A DNA stretch of 64,000 nucleotides, taken from a virus. Its lineage: Duplodnaviria > Caudoviricetes. The number at the start of each line of letters is the position of its first letter. The first letter of the stretch is position 1. This document shows positions 9,894 to 20,654 of the stretch, piece by piece. The translations under genes and the position numbers were made by a program. The stretch is taken from positions 1,757 through 65,756 of IMG/VR virus record IMGVR_UViG_3300025030_000013; one strand, written 5' to 3'. Under the pieces are notes generated by a model. The model was not told where the DNA came from. It saw nothing but the letters and a program-made list of their open reading frames with translations, and ran no database searches.

Positions 9894-11873
9894 TTGGCAA
9901 TGATACAGAACATAACTAGAGCTAATAACTTTGTTAACGGAACACCTGCTGACGCTGAGGCCGTAGATGCTGACTTTGATGCACTATACGCGAAGTTGTC
10001 AGAAATATTATATGCGTTTAGTAGCGCGTCGATAGGGGAAAGCATTGCTGAAAAGATGAATTGTGCCCCGATTGACGGACTTATTGACGGTACTATTTAC
10101 GAAAAGCTGGCTGACATTAAAAGCCAGCTTGGTATTGCGGTTACAGGTACGATACCCAATTCAAGCCTAGAAGCAACTAAGCTAGTTATTGAGCTACAAA
10201 GATTCCTTAAAAGCACGCGCAAGGAAAATGCAAACACCATGGCTGTCCACGATAAAAACGGACTAGCTATCCCAGGTACGAATAATATTTATGACTTATT
10301 AGATAATACGAACTCGTATTCTTGTGGGAAGCTAGATGCTACAAAGACTATGACAACTATTGCATTGAGTGTTGGAGCTACCAGTATAACCGTGGATGAC
10401 GCTACCGGGATAGTGGCTAATAATGAGTACACTATTCAACAATCCGATAAGATGCAAAGTTTTATAGTAACCTCAGTATCTGGAAAAGTACTCACCGTCC
10501 CTGCATTAGTAAATTCGTTCGGAGTTGGTGCTATTGTGTATCGCTCCAATGTCATACTCGATCAAGGAAGAATGGTATTCGGAACCGTGAGGAGCGTAAC
10601 CTTCCCTGTTAAAATAACTGACCCGTCACTACTCCCTGCTGGAACGGTCAATGGGGTTGCCTATTCTCCTGATGGTAAGTGGCTTGCTGTAGCCAGTGGT
10701 TCAACTCCATATCTAATTCTCTATAAAAGAACAGGAGATGTATTCCTAAAACAGCCAGACCTTGACGGAAAACCTACTTCTGATTGTTACTGCGTTGCTT
10801 TCTCAAAAAACGGAAAATACTTCACGGTTGGAACTAGTGGCTCGACGACTTCTCATTATAAAATATCAGGTGATGTATTTACTAAGCTCACTCGACCTGT
10901 ATCTTATCCTGCAGGAACAGTATATGGTGCTGACTACTCAGAGGACGGAACATATCTAGCCCTTTCCCAATCCTCATCCCCGTATTTGGTAATCTATAAA
11001 ATAGACGATGTTGTTTTTACTAAGCTTGCTGACCCTGAGACTAAACCAACTGCGACATGCCACGGCATTAAATTTTCTCATAATGGAATTTATCTTGCCG
11101 TATCGTCGGACGCTTCTCCCTATGTGTTCGTTTATAAAAGAACAGGAGATGTTTTCGATAAGATTAGTAATCCTGAATCATTACCAACTGGTGATGGTGA
11201 CGCATTGTCATGGGGAAAAAACGATGAGTATTTAGCGGTAGCGCACGAAGTAACTCCGTTCGTTACGATTTACAAAAGGACATCAGACACTTTTGCCAAA
11301 CTAGCTAACCCATCAGTCCTGCCCACTGGAAATGCGTTCGGTGCGGACTTTAGTAAGGATGGCAGCTACCTAGCGATAGCTCACGCGGTTACTCCTTTTG
11401 TCACGATGTATGACAGGCTAAATGATACGTTCTCTGCCCTCCCTAACCCAATTTCTCTACCAGCAGACGATGCGAAGTGCGTTACATTTGGCCTTGATGA
11501 TTCGTTTCTAACAATTGGTCATGATACTAATCCCTATATATCAACGTATAAATGCGGAACAAAGGTTGCTAATATTGATGTTCGGTATAACGTAGTCCCT
11601 GTTGATCCGACAAAGGAAGTCTACGCATGGGTTCACCATGAAAAAGACACCAGTTTTAATATTACGCCTACGCTATCAATCGTTGACTCTGGAAGCGATG
11701 AACTATATGCATCAATGGCGCTGAGTACTACAGAAGTAAACGACAATCTGATTATGGATTCAGTAAGAGGTTCTGCTTCTTTATCGAAAAGTAAGGTTAC
11801 GTTTAAAATGGCGATCGCTAAAGGGGTAAACGTAGATAAGGCTATTACTAAAATACTTGGCTCAGTGGTTTAA
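9894..11873 (+). CDS. tail fibre/receptor-binding protein with WD40-like propeller
   Basis: FVNGTPADAEAVDADFDAL attachment motif; 7 repeats of FS.DG.YLAV....PY..IYKRTGD.F.KL..P. Confidence 0.75.
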   Translation: MAMIQNITRANNFVNGTPADAEAVDADFDALYAKLSEILYAFSSASIGESIAEKMNCAPIDGLIDGTIYEKLADIKSQLGIAVTGTIPNSSLEATKLVIELQRFLKSTRKENANTMAVHDKNGLAIPGTNNIYDLLDNTNSYSCGKLDATKTMTTIALSVGATSITVDDATGIVANNEYTIQQSDKMQSFIVTSVSGKVLTVPALVNSFGVGAIVYRSNVILDQGRMVFGTVRSVTFPVKITDPSLLPAGTVNGVAYSPDGKWLAVASGSTPYLILYKRTGDVFLKQPDLDGKPTSDCYCVAFSKNGKYFTVGTSGSTTSHYKISGDVFTKLTRPVSYPAGTVYGADYSEDGTYLALSQSSSPYLVIYKIDDVVFTKLADPETKPTATCHGIKFSHNGIYLAVSSDASPYVFVYKRTGDVFDKISNPESLPTGDGDALSWGKNDEYLAVAHEVTPFVTIYKRTSDTFAKLANPSVLPTGNAFGADFSKDGSYLAIAHAVTPFVTMYDRLNDTFSALPNPISLPADDAKCVTFGLDDSFLTIGHDTNPYISTYKCGTKVANIDVRYNVVPVDPTKEVYAWVHHEKDTSFNITPTLSIVDSGSDELYASMALSTTEVNDNLIMDSVRGSASLSKSKVTFKMAIAKGVNVDKAITKILGSVV

Positions 11874-11885
11874 GGAGGCGGAACG

Positions 11886-13493
11886 ATGCCAACTACAGCT
11901 TATTATTCTAACGATGAGGATTTAGCAAGTGGCAGAAAATACCTTGGTGGAGATGTTAATTACATCAAGTGGACACCAGGGACGAGAATCAAGAAGGGGC
12001 AGCTAGGATTAGGTGGCAACGCTGTAATTCCAAACTCTGCTTATTACGGCGGTCAAGCATTGGGAGGGTACGATGCAGCAGGAACAGCCAATGAAATACA
12101 GAAATATCAAGGACTGAACAATGCAACAGCATCTGCAAATCTTCAGTATGCCCCACAGATTAACCCTATTAGTTCTAAGATTCAAGGGATACAGGCTTCG
12201 ATGGCTGATGCTGCACGACAAGCAGAAGCGCAAAGATTAGCGGCGAATAACCTATCCTTGGACAACGTTAATCAGATAAGAAGACTACAGGATAGCAACA
12301 GGGGACGCACGAATGAGACGATGAATACTAGAGGTTTAATGAATTCAGGTATAAATGATTATGCTCAAGGTCAGATTAATGCCTCCGAGGGTGCAGGGTT
12401 ACGGAATAACCAAGCTCAGTTAGCTCAGACGCTCAAGGGTATTCAGGATTGGTTGAGTGGCGTGCAACAGACCGGACAGGGCAATGTTGCTGACTTAGAG
12501 TCTCAAAAGGCCGGATTGTTGGCACAGGTTCCACAGTTGGCGCAGAGTATTTATGATAAGCAACAAAGTGACGCTGCAGCTGCAAAATTTGAGCAAGATC
12601 AAGCTATCGCCAAGTTAATGGGCTTTTATCAAGGTGAACCAACGTTGGCAGGTCAGGAATTTACTAGAGCTGGACAACAAGCTGATAGGACTTTTGGACT
12701 ACAAGAAGGAGAGTTACTTGGTAACTATCAAGGACTTCCAACTTTAGGAAGAGAGAGGATGAATCAGGATGTTAATCAGTTCTATCAAAAACAGGCGCAA
12801 GATGAAAGTCAATTTGGTAGATCTAATGCAATAGCTCAACAAAGGGCGAATGTGAATGAGTTTGAGGCAACGGGTAATATGCCTAACGGTAAAACTTCTG
12901 CTAATGTTCCAACTCCATTCATGGAAGCCGCTATTAATGCTGGTAACGCTACGGGTGTTGATCCTCTTCTGATTGCGGCTATCGGCAAGCATGAGACAGG
13001 CTATGGAACGCTTGGGGCCGGGAGAGAAGGGTATAGTTTGGGTTATGGCTACCCTGCACCGGGACAAGGAAACGCTAAATACCAAGATGCTCCCGGAGAA
13101 TTTAGTAATCAAACTCTATCGGCTGCTAAACAAATTGCAGGGTATTTAGGAAACAAAGATGTCACATTGGAAAACCTGACTGACTTTATGAATAATAGTT
13201 GGAAGCCTGGTGACAGAAATTGGGCGAACGCTGTGTGGAGGGAATACCAACAACTTAATAAGGATGCAACGACTGTTGGGTCTGCTCCTACAAAGAAGTT
13301 AACTGGTCCCGAAAGAACAGACGCGGCAACGGCAGACGCAATGGATATTTTGAACCAGTTGGCGAACCAACATAAAACAAGAACTGAGATCATGAAGTTT
13401 ATCAACGATAATTCCGGAAGGTTTGAGGCAAGCGGGGCAAGTTCGGCTTACCTAAGAGATTGGGCGGACAAGGCTTTTGAATGGGATGGATAG
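11886..13493 (+). CDS. internal virion/ejection protein with lysozyme-like (SLT) domain
   Basis: Q/A/N-rich coiled region, then AAINAG..TGVDPLLIAAIGKHETGYG. Confidence 0.7.
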   Translation: MPTTAYYSNDEDLASGRKYLGGDVNYIKWTPGTRIKKGQLGLGGNAVIPNSAYYGGQALGGYDAAGTANEIQKYQGLNNATASANLQYAPQINPISSKIQGIQASMADAARQAEAQRLAANNLSLDNVNQIRRLQDSNRGRTNETMNTRGLMNSGINDYAQGQINASEGAGLRNNQAQLAQTLKGIQDWLSGVQQTGQGNVADLESQKAGLLAQVPQLAQSIYDKQQSDAAAAKFEQDQAIAKLMGFYQGEPTLAGQEFTRAGQQADRTFGLQEGELLGNYQGLPTLGRERMNQDVNQFYQKQAQDESQFGRSNAIAQQRANVNEFEATGNMPNGKTSANVPTPFMEAAINAGNATGVDPLLIAAIGKHETGYGTLGAGREGYSLGYGYPAPGQGNAKYQDAPGEFSNQTLSAAKQIAGYLGNKDVTLENLTDFMNNSWKPGDRNWANAVWREYQQLNKDATTVGSAPTKKLTGPERTDAATADAMDILNQLANQHKTRTEIMKFINDNSGRFEASGASSAYLRDWADKAFEWDG

Positions 13494-13504
13494 GAGGTAA
13501 TTAA

Positions 13505-16500
13505 TTGGCTACTAATATGTTTGCGGATCTACTTGATAAGCCAAGTTCTCCAAAAGTAAAAAAGAATATGTTTGCCGACCTTCTTCCTCCTGAACCAAAG
13601 CAAGCAAATGTGCAGCCCGAGTTTTATGAGGATACTCCTGACTATACAAAATATCTGACTACTTCACATGCCGTTAGTTCGCCTGTTGTTCAACCTACTC
13701 AGCCCTCAACGTGGGATCAAGTAAAAGCAGGAGACATTAAGGGTTTAATTAATCAAGTAGGATTAGGTTTATCTCAAGGACTAGCCAATACAGGGGCAGC
13801 AAAGCAGAATGTGGACATTGCTAATATGTTGACGAAGAATCCACTGCCTGGTATGGCCGATATAGGTAAGCAACAACTAGCAGAGATACAAGCTAATCAA
13901 GATTATTTAAAAGCGAATCCTGCCGAGTCTCTCCCTGCAATACTTGGGAAAGAAATTCCTAGCCTGCCTTTGTGGATGGCTGGTGAGGGCGCTGTTGGTG
14001 CGTTGGGCAAGGGTATAGGCAAATTGTTCCCCTCTGTTATTCCGGCTGCTGAGAAGGTTGGTTCTAAGCTTCCTAGCTTCATTAAAGGCGGATTGACTGA
14101 CGCGGCGGCTTACGGTGGAGTAGTAGCGCCTACACAGAATATCCAAGAAGGCGGGAGTTTTCAGGATCTTCTTGAGCGAGAGAAGCAGATTCCGAGCATT
14201 GCATTAGGCGGTGCGGTGGCGAGGGGAGCGTTTAAGGGAATAGGTGAAGGGGCTAAACTTGGTAAAGATGTACTTGGAGAAGGTGGTTCTCTCAGGCAAG
14301 CGTTGGAATTAAGGAAGCTTAATATTCCTGAAATAAAGTCTAATCCTCTCGATGATGTGCAAAACGCTTACAAACCAACTTTTTCTCTTCAAGATATTAA
14401 ATCTGCCAATCCTGTCAATCGTTCGGTTCAGCGCGGGACAGAGTTAGGAACATTGAGGGTTAGTGATAGGATTACCCCTCAATATAAAGCTAGGCAATCT
14501 GAATTGACGGATACGTTCAAGGATCTCCCTATAGGTTCTACGAAGACCCCATTGGCACGTAATACCTTGCAGGAGAACATTGATAGCAGTATGGGTATTT
14601 CTAAGCCTACAGAGGTCTATCAGGGCTTAGATGCCTTTGGAAAACCCTTGCAGAATTATAAACTTAACACCGATGCCAAGAATACCATAGCCGAGATTAC
14701 GGATAAGATGGATAAGAAGGTTCAAGATATAGCTAAATCCATGAGGCAAGCAGATGGGCAAACTAAGGTTGACTCTATCCGTAGTCAGGTTAAGGCTAGA
14801 GGTGGTATTAAGCAGGGAAACGCCGACATATTCGAAGAACAGAAAGTCATACCAAACTGGATTCGCAATGATAAGGGCGGCATGGCCCTAGATCAGATGG
14901 CAGACGAAATGAAGATGTCAACTGATGAGTTATTGAGGGCTATAGATGATTCGGCGTATAGCAAAAAAGATTATATCACCGAGGCTTATCGTGTAGCGTA
15001 CAAGGACCCTGAGTATCAGGCGTTGAGCAATACGTTGGACAAGTTGAAGGCTGATTCGCAAGGTAAGGTAAAATTACTTCGTAAGGATAAAATAACCACT
15101 CCCGATGATTTCCCATTTCCCATTAAGGATATTCCAATAATTCGTTATCAGAAAGAAGTTGGTCCGGCAACATATTCTGACCTAAGGGGAGGAACTTGGT
15201 ACAACAGAGTAGACAATGTGCATGGCGAAAACACTGGTTACAATGCCGATGATAGCGCTGTCGGAGGGATGAATAAATTAGCAGAGAATTATACTCCCAA
15301 AAAACCATTGTTGGTTAAGGATACGGAATCTGCTGGTGCAGGGGATGCCGCAATCAGGGCGATTAAGGGCGAGAAATATTTAGATGATGTTTATGAGGCA
15401 TACTTTGATGGGCAGGAATCAATCAAGACATTGCTTGGTAAGTTTGGTATTCCTGAACAAGAAGCAACCCTATTAATGAAACATCCCGAACAGCCTCAAG
15501 TCTTATTGGATCGCGTTGGAACTGAGTTGGCGAAACAAAATGGCTACGATTCCATAGTCCATACTACCCCTAATGGATTGTATGCCGAGATTGTCAAGTT
15601 AGATAGTTCACCCGGTAGAATAAAGGCTATTGATGGTCCTATCAAGCTCAAACCACGCGAACTAACTCCAAAAACTACACCTGAAATACTCCCAATAGAA
15701 TCATTTAAAAGACTGAAACCTTCAGGTAGCTTACCTGTAGATGAAGTTCCTAGACCTGTCAAGAAACTTACTCCTGTAGCTAAGGAGAAGTTGATTTGGA
15801 CTAATAAGGATGGTATAGGGAGTTCTGGTGCAAAGATGAAGGATATTCCTAAGAGGGGAGAAGTTCCCGGTAAGTTGGAGGTTAGGCCTACTGGGGTTGA
15901 GGGTGCGAAGATTGGTGATTGGATGGACCCGAAGTTGGCTGCGTCCGTTCATCCGGTGGCTGACAAGGTGATGACCATCCTTGACGATATTGAATCTTCA
16001 GCACTTGCACGTATTAAATCTAACAAGGGGAGGATAAGCGCAGGACTTCCGGTGGATACCCTCATTGATTATTCCATATTGGGTGGAGTAAAAATAGCAA
16101 GGGGCGCAGTTAAGTTCTCCGTCTGGTCCGCTGAGATGATCAAGGATTTAGGCGATGAAGTTAAACCACATCTAAAAGAAGTATGGGCTAAGGCTAAAGA
16201 GCAACACGCCACAATGGTTGATGGAACATTCGAACCTAATATTCCCGCCGGAACAAAGGAGAGAGGATTTTCCAAGAACACAAGGACGGATATAAATAAC
16301 CCTGATGCCCTAAGAGATAGCTACACCACGGATGCCTTGTGGTATAAACAGTTGGGAAATAAGGATGTAGTGGCGAAAGCTCAGGCTATTTTTGATCAAG
16401 GATTTGAATCTGCTAGAACTCAATTGACCGAATTGGCATCACGGATGAAGCCAGAGGCTGTGCCACTTGCTAAAATGCTTTCAAGAAAGGCAACGGAAGA

Positions 16501-18598
16501 TGGTAATATTCTAGGGTCTAGAGAAATAATTGCTGATGTCGCTGAGAGATTAACCCAAGCGGGTCAATTCAGCCAGGCGGCCAAGATATTGAGGGATGCA
16601 GATCCCGAAACATTCCTCTTAACCATTGGTAAGCAGTTGAAGAAGTTGAACAAAGAAGGCGCGGAACAATACGGTAAAAAGTGGAGTAATGTCGAATTAA
16701 CCCCTGATGAATTGACTATGGTATCGAGTATTGAGCGAGGTAATCAAGCGTCTTACGAATCGGCATTTGAACAAATACAGGCGAGAATAGCTAATGAGAT
16801 GCCTGCGAGTGCGTTTGAGAAGATTAACGCTTGGCGTCACTTGAGTATGTTATTAAACATAAAAACACATGTTAGGAATATTTTGGGAAATGGTATTATG
16901 ATGGGTATGAGGAAATCCGCACAGAGGGTATCGGGCGTCTTGCAAAAAGTAGCTCTGCCGGAAGCGGAAAGAACTCAGTCGGTGCTTGTTAGTAAAGAAT
17001 ACAAAGGGTTGGCTAATGACTACTTTGAGGCGAATAAAAAGGACTTACTGAGTGGTGCGAATAAATTTCAAGAAGGTATGAGTTTGAGGATGCCCGACAA
17101 GAGGGTATTCAGAAAAAGTCGTATTGGAGAAAAGTTTGGCAAGGATATTGATGTATTAGAAAAGACGCGCAAGTTAAATTATAAGCTACTGCAATGGGGA
17201 GATAATCCCTTCTACAAGGCGGCCTATGTGGACCGTATAGCGTCATATGCTCAGTCAAAAGGGATAAAGGATTTCTCTAAGTTAGAGCAGGAAGCTTTTG
17301 ATATTGCGGAACGAGAGGCGCAACAGGCTACTTATAGAGACGCGAGCGTTATTGCTACTTTTTTAAACAAGGTGAAAAGTCCTGAAAAGGGTGCGAGTAT
17401 CGGGAGGAAGACGGGAGCAGTATTAACCGAGGCGGCACTTCCTTTTACCAAAACACCCATTAACCTGATTAAAAGAGGCATCCAATATTCACCAATTGGT
17501 GTAATGAATGGACTGGCTGGAATAAAGTCATCCAAGGGCGCGGTTATTGCAATTGATGAGTTAGCTAAAGGATTAACTGGAACGGGTATACTCGGGTTAG
17601 GTTATCTCTTGGCAAGCAAGGGCGTGTTGACCGGAAAGGCCGAGAAAGACATTGACCTAAAGGCGTATAATGCAAATACTGGGAATTCTCCGTTCTCTGT
17701 GTTGGGCAAATATAGTTACGACTGGGCACAACCTTTCTCCGTTCCCCTGTCGGTTGGCGTGGAGATATTCAACGCTATCAAGGATAAACCGAATGATATG
17801 GCTAGAATGAATGGTCTGATTTCCAAGAACGATTCATCAAAGTTCGAAGAAATGGCACTTACTGCCGCGAATGGAATAATGGAAGGCCTTAACGCTTCGG
17901 GCGATGTTGTATTCAACATGAGTATCATGAAGGGCATAAAAACATTGCTTGGTAGTGGTTACAATGGATTCATGGAGGGTATGGCACAGCTACCACAAGG
18001 ATATGCAACTCAATTTATACCTACACTATCTAGTCAAATAGCAGGTACGATTGATCCTGTTAGTAGGCAAACTTATGTCAAGGGAAGCTTGCCTGGTTCA
18101 ATGAGGAATGCCTTAGTATCTAGGATTCCAGTAGCTAGTACCACGTTGCAGCCTCGACAGACTCCATTCGGTACAGATATGAAGAAGATTGAGAATCCAG
18201 CCGGTAGGGCATTTTCTCAATTCCTAAGTCCTGGTATTATCACCAAGGATCAAGGAATTAACCCTAAAGTGGATTCCGAGTTAAGGAGATTAAACAAAGC
18301 AGAAGGGTTATCTAATCAATTACCGACTATGGTTCCTAATTACATTGAAAAAACCCAAAAGCATCCCAAGATCGGATTATCCCCTGAAGAGACAACCCGA
18401 TATCAGAAGCGTGTGGGTCAGTTAACGTTAGCATCTTTCGGTAAGATCATTAATAGCGGGGCGTATAAAAATGCCCGCGCTAACAAAGCGAAGGGTAAAT
18501 CTGCTGATGAGATAAAAGCTGATATGCTGGCGACTGCGGTATCTGATGCTAAGGCACTGGCAAAGAAGGAGATATTAAAAGGCAAGGGTCTAAAATAG
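13505..18598 (+). CDS. very large internal virion (DNA ejection) polyvalent protein
   Basis: 1697 aa; NMFADLL repeats at N-terminus; LPFTKTPINL and YSYDWAQP motifs typical of such proteins. Confidence 0.7.
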   Translation: MATNMFADLLDKPSSPKVKKNMFADLLPPEPKQANVQPEFYEDTPDYTKYLTTSHAVSSPVVQPTQPSTWDQVKAGDIKGLINQVGLGLSQGLANTGAAKQNVDIANMLTKNPLPGMADIGKQQLAEIQANQDYLKANPAESLPAILGKEIPSLPLWMAGEGAVGALGKGIGKLFPSVIPAAEKVGSKLPSFIKGGLTDAAAYGGVVAPTQNIQEGGSFQDLLEREKQIPSIALGGAVARGAFKGIGEGAKLGKDVLGEGGSLRQALELRKLNIPEIKSNPLDDVQNAYKPTFSLQDIKSANPVNRSVQRGTELGTLRVSDRITPQYKARQSELTDTFKDLPIGSTKTPLARNTLQENIDSSMGISKPTEVYQGLDAFGKPLQNYKLNTDAKNTIAEITDKMDKKVQDIAKSMRQADGQTKVDSIRSQVKARGGIKQGNADIFEEQKVIPNWIRNDKGGMALDQMADEMKMSTDELLRAIDDSAYSKKDYITEAYRVAYKDPEYQALSNTLDKLKADSQGKVKLLRKDKITTPDDFPFPIKDIPIIRYQKEVGPATYSDLRGGTWYNRVDNVHGENTGYNADDSAVGGMNKLAENYTPKKPLLVKDTESAGAGDAAIRAIKGEKYLDDVYEAYFDGQESIKTLLGKFGIPEQEATLLMKHPEQPQVLLDRVGTELAKQNGYDSIVHTTPNGLYAEIVKLDSSPGRIKAIDGPIKLKPRELTPKTTPEILPIESFKRLKPSGSLPVDEVPRPVKKLTPVAKEKLIWTNKDGIGSSGAKMKDIPKRGEVPGKLEVRPTGVEGAKIGDWMDPKLAASVHPVADKVMTILDDIESSALARIKSNKGRISAGLPVDTLIDYSILGGVKIARGAVKFSVWSAEMIKDLGDEVKPHLKEVWAKAKEQHATMVDGTFEPNIPAGTKERGFSKNTRTDINNPDALRDSYTTDALWYKQLGNKDVVAKAQAIFDQGFESARTQLTELASRMKPEAVPLAKMLSRKATEDGNILGSREIIADVAERLTQAGQFSQAAKILRDADPETFLLTIGKQLKKLNKEGAEQYGKKWSNVELTPDELTMVSSIERGNQASYESAFEQIQARIANEMPASAFEKINAWRHLSMLLNIKTHVRNILGNGIMMGMRKSAQRVSGVLQKVALPEAERTQSVLVSKEYKGLANDYFEANKKDLLSGANKFQEGMSLRMPDKRVFRKSRIGEKFGKDIDVLEKTRKLNYKLLQWGDNPFYKAAYVDRIASYAQSKGIKDFSKLEQEAFDIAEREAQQATYRDASVIATFLNKVKSPEKGASIGRKTGAVLTEAALPFTKTPINLIKRGIQYSPIGVMNGLAGIKSSKGAVIAIDELAKGLTGTGILGLGYLLASKGVLTGKAEKDIDLKAYNANTGNSPFSVLGKYSYDWAQPFSVPLSVGVEIFNAIKDKPNDMARMNGLISKNDSSKFEEMALTAANGIMEGLNASGDVVFNMSIMKGIKTLLGSGYNGFMEGMAQLPQGYATQFIPTLSSQIAGTIDPVSRQTYVKGSLPGSMRNALVSRIPVASTTLQPRQTPFGTDMKKIENPAGRAFSQFLSPGIITKDQGINPKVDSELRRLNKAEGLSNQLPTMVPNYIEKTQKHPKIGLSPEETTRYQKRVGQLTLASFGKIINSGAYKNARANKAKGKSADEIKADMLATAVSDAKALAKKEILKGKGLK

Positions 18599-18623
18599 CC
18601 CCTTGCCTAACTTTCTCTTATTA

Positions 18624-18839
18624 TCATTTTGATGCATTGATTTTCCGAGTGTGATAATCCTTAATTGAATCGCCTATATTCGCAAGTATTCCTGTCAAAG
18701 CAAGTGTTCCGAAAACAATTATAAGCATAACTGCCAACCAACTTGACCCACCATCCGCAATATAGCTTACTGCAAAAAGAAACATTATGAAAAATATAAA
18801 TATTTCTATTTCCTCTATGTCTTGTCGAAATATCTTCAT
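18624..18839 (-). CDS. small two-TM membrane protein (moron)
   Basis: Two hydrophobic helices, RBS GAGGGG, own TGATATAAT promoter. Confidence 0.65.
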   Translation of the reverse strand: MKIFRQDIEEIEIFIFFIMFLFAVSYIADGGSSWLAVMLIIVFGTLALTGILANIGDSIKDYHTRKINASK

Positions 18840-19010
18840 GCCAATTGCCCCCTCTTCTTTGTAAATTGTTCCTAATTATATCATACTTTTACTGAAAGGT
18901 ATCGCTAAGTATGATATAATAATAGTGGGCTAGGAGGCATCCGAACGAGAGTAACCCTACTCTCTGCCCATTTTAATTTTAGGGTAAATGCTGAGGGGGC
19001 GTTAATTTTT

Positions 19011-19934
19011 ATGGGAAAAACTAAGACATGTTTCCAATGCAAGAGGGATCTTCCTGCCGATAGACTCCACTTCTATATAGCAAGCCATACTAAGGATAAA
19101 TTCCATTCCGCGTGCAAGGAGTGTGAAGGTCATAAGTTTTCCAAGCCTAAGCTGGTTGAAAAAGAAGGGCACAAAATATGCACAAAGTGCAATAGGGAAC
19201 TACTTGCTACTTTACTTTACTTCGAGAAGTCATCCGATTGCAGATACGGAGTTTCATCCATATGTAAGGAGTGCAGAGGGCGAACCTTTATGATTCGAGA
19301 GCTAATACCAGTAATTGATGGGTACAAGGTGTGTAACATATGCCGGGTTAATCTTCCGAATACGAAGGAGTATTTCTACAGTAGTGGTAGCGCATTAAGG
19401 CCTGACTGCAAAGAGTGTGAGAGCAAGAAAATCAAGGCTTACTATGTTGAAAATGTTGAACACAAAAGATGTTATGCTAGGGATTGGTATCAAGGACATT
19501 GTTCCAATAACGAAGAGTACAGGATTAATAACTCTGTTAGAGCTAAGAAACATAGGATAGCTAACCAATATACTGATCGGTATAAGACTTCTCAGAACAT
19601 TAAATCTCAAAGAAGGAGATCGCTGAAGAACAAATTGATAAGCACCCTGACCGCTAAAGAATGGACAGCTATAAAGCAGGATTTCAATAACACATGCGCC
19701 TATTGTGGTGAGAGAGAAGTTTTAACTCAGGATCATTTTATCCCTTTAAAGGTTGGAGGGGAATACGCAATAACTAACATAATTCCAGCATGTAAGAGTT
19801 GCAATAGTCAAAAGAGCGCCAAATTGTTTTCCTCATGGTATCCAACCTTCAAGCACTACACCCACGAAAGAGAAGCTAAAATACTCTCCTACCTAGGATA
19901 CGTCAACGGACACCAACAACTCTCCCTACTCTAA
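19011..19934 (+). CDS. HNH endonuclease with three CxxC repeats
   Basis: K.C..C...F...CKEC x3; CAYCG..LTQDHFIP..GG....NIIPACKSCNSQK. Confidence 0.85.
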   Translation: MGKTKTCFQCKRDLPADRLHFYIASHTKDKFHSACKECEGHKFSKPKLVEKEGHKICTKCNRELLATLLYFEKSSDCRYGVSSICKECRGRTFMIRELIPVIDGYKVCNICRVNLPNTKEYFYSSGSALRPDCKECESKKIKAYYVENVEHKRCYARDWYQGHCSNNEEYRINNSVRAKKHRIANQYTDRYKTSQNIKSQRRRSLKNKLISTLTAKEWTAIKQDFNNTCAYCGEREVLTQDHFIPLKVGGEYAITNIIPACKSCNSQKSAKLFSSWYPTFKHYTHEREAKILSYLGYVNGHQQLSLL

Positions 19935-19938
19935 ACCC

Positions 19939-19970
19939 CAAGACACCATAAACCCATGGTGTCTTTTTCT
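19939..19970 (+). terminator. rho-independent terminator
   Basis: AAGACACCAT...ATGGTGTCTT followed by T-run. Confidence 0.6.
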
Positions 19971-19990
19971 ATACAAAAAGGAGGAACCAC

Positions 19991-20215
19991 ATGGATCACT
20001 TCGACAACGCATCCGGCCCCGAACAACGGTACCGCAACGACCTATTCAACGAACTACGCACCCAATCCTCCCTGCTAACCGAACTAAAAGAGCAAAACTC
20101 CCTACTCAAGGACATAATCAAACTCCTATCAACTCCAAAACCTGACCAACCAAAAGTGGTAAAGCGTGTTCCAGCCAAGAAGAAAGTCGATGCAATAATT
20201 AAGAGGGGGATTTAG
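19991..20215 (+). CDS. hypothetical protein
   Basis: RBS AGGAGG, coiled coil. Confidence 0.6.
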   Translation: MDHFDNASGPEQRYRNDLFNELRTQSSLLTELKEQNSLLKDIIKLLSTPKPDQPKVVKRVPAKKKVDAIIKRGI

Positions 20216-20216
20216 T

Positions 20217-20642
20217 ATGACAATACATTTAGGTGATGAATTCGGTAATGAGTACAATAAGAGTAATCCTGTGCCGACTTCTATTACTGGGAGTTTAGCA
20301 AATGATTTAGGGTTATATTTAGACGGCACGGTTATTGCTGCGGGCGCAACACTTTATGGTGATTGGATTAATGATCTTGATTGGGTACGCCATATAGTTT
20401 TGTTTGTAAAAACAGATCAAACATGCACGATACTTACCTCTCGTAAAAACAGAGCGTCAGTTGAGGCAATTGCAAATATTTTACTTGCCTCAACAGGTTT
20501 AACAGGTGGTAGCGTGGTAAGATTTACGTCTGCCGCTCCACCTGTTAGTTTACTTGGTTATAGTGCTAAATTTGGTATAAATAATATTGGTGCAGTGCCG
20601 ACAGTGGTAGCGCAGCTTTATGTTCAATTATTAGGATTATAA
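20217..20642 (+). CDS. hypothetical beta-rich virion-associated protein
   Basis: RBS GAGGGG; NPVPTSITGS linker. Confidence 0.55.
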   Translation: MTIHLGDEFGNEYNKSNPVPTSITGSLANDLGLYLDGTVIAAGATLYGDWINDLDWVRHIVLFVKTDQTCTILTSRKNRASVEAIANILLASTGLTGGSVVRFTSAAPPVSLLGYSAKFGINNIGAVPTVVAQLYVQLLGL

Positions 20643-20654
20643 GGAGGGTATAAA

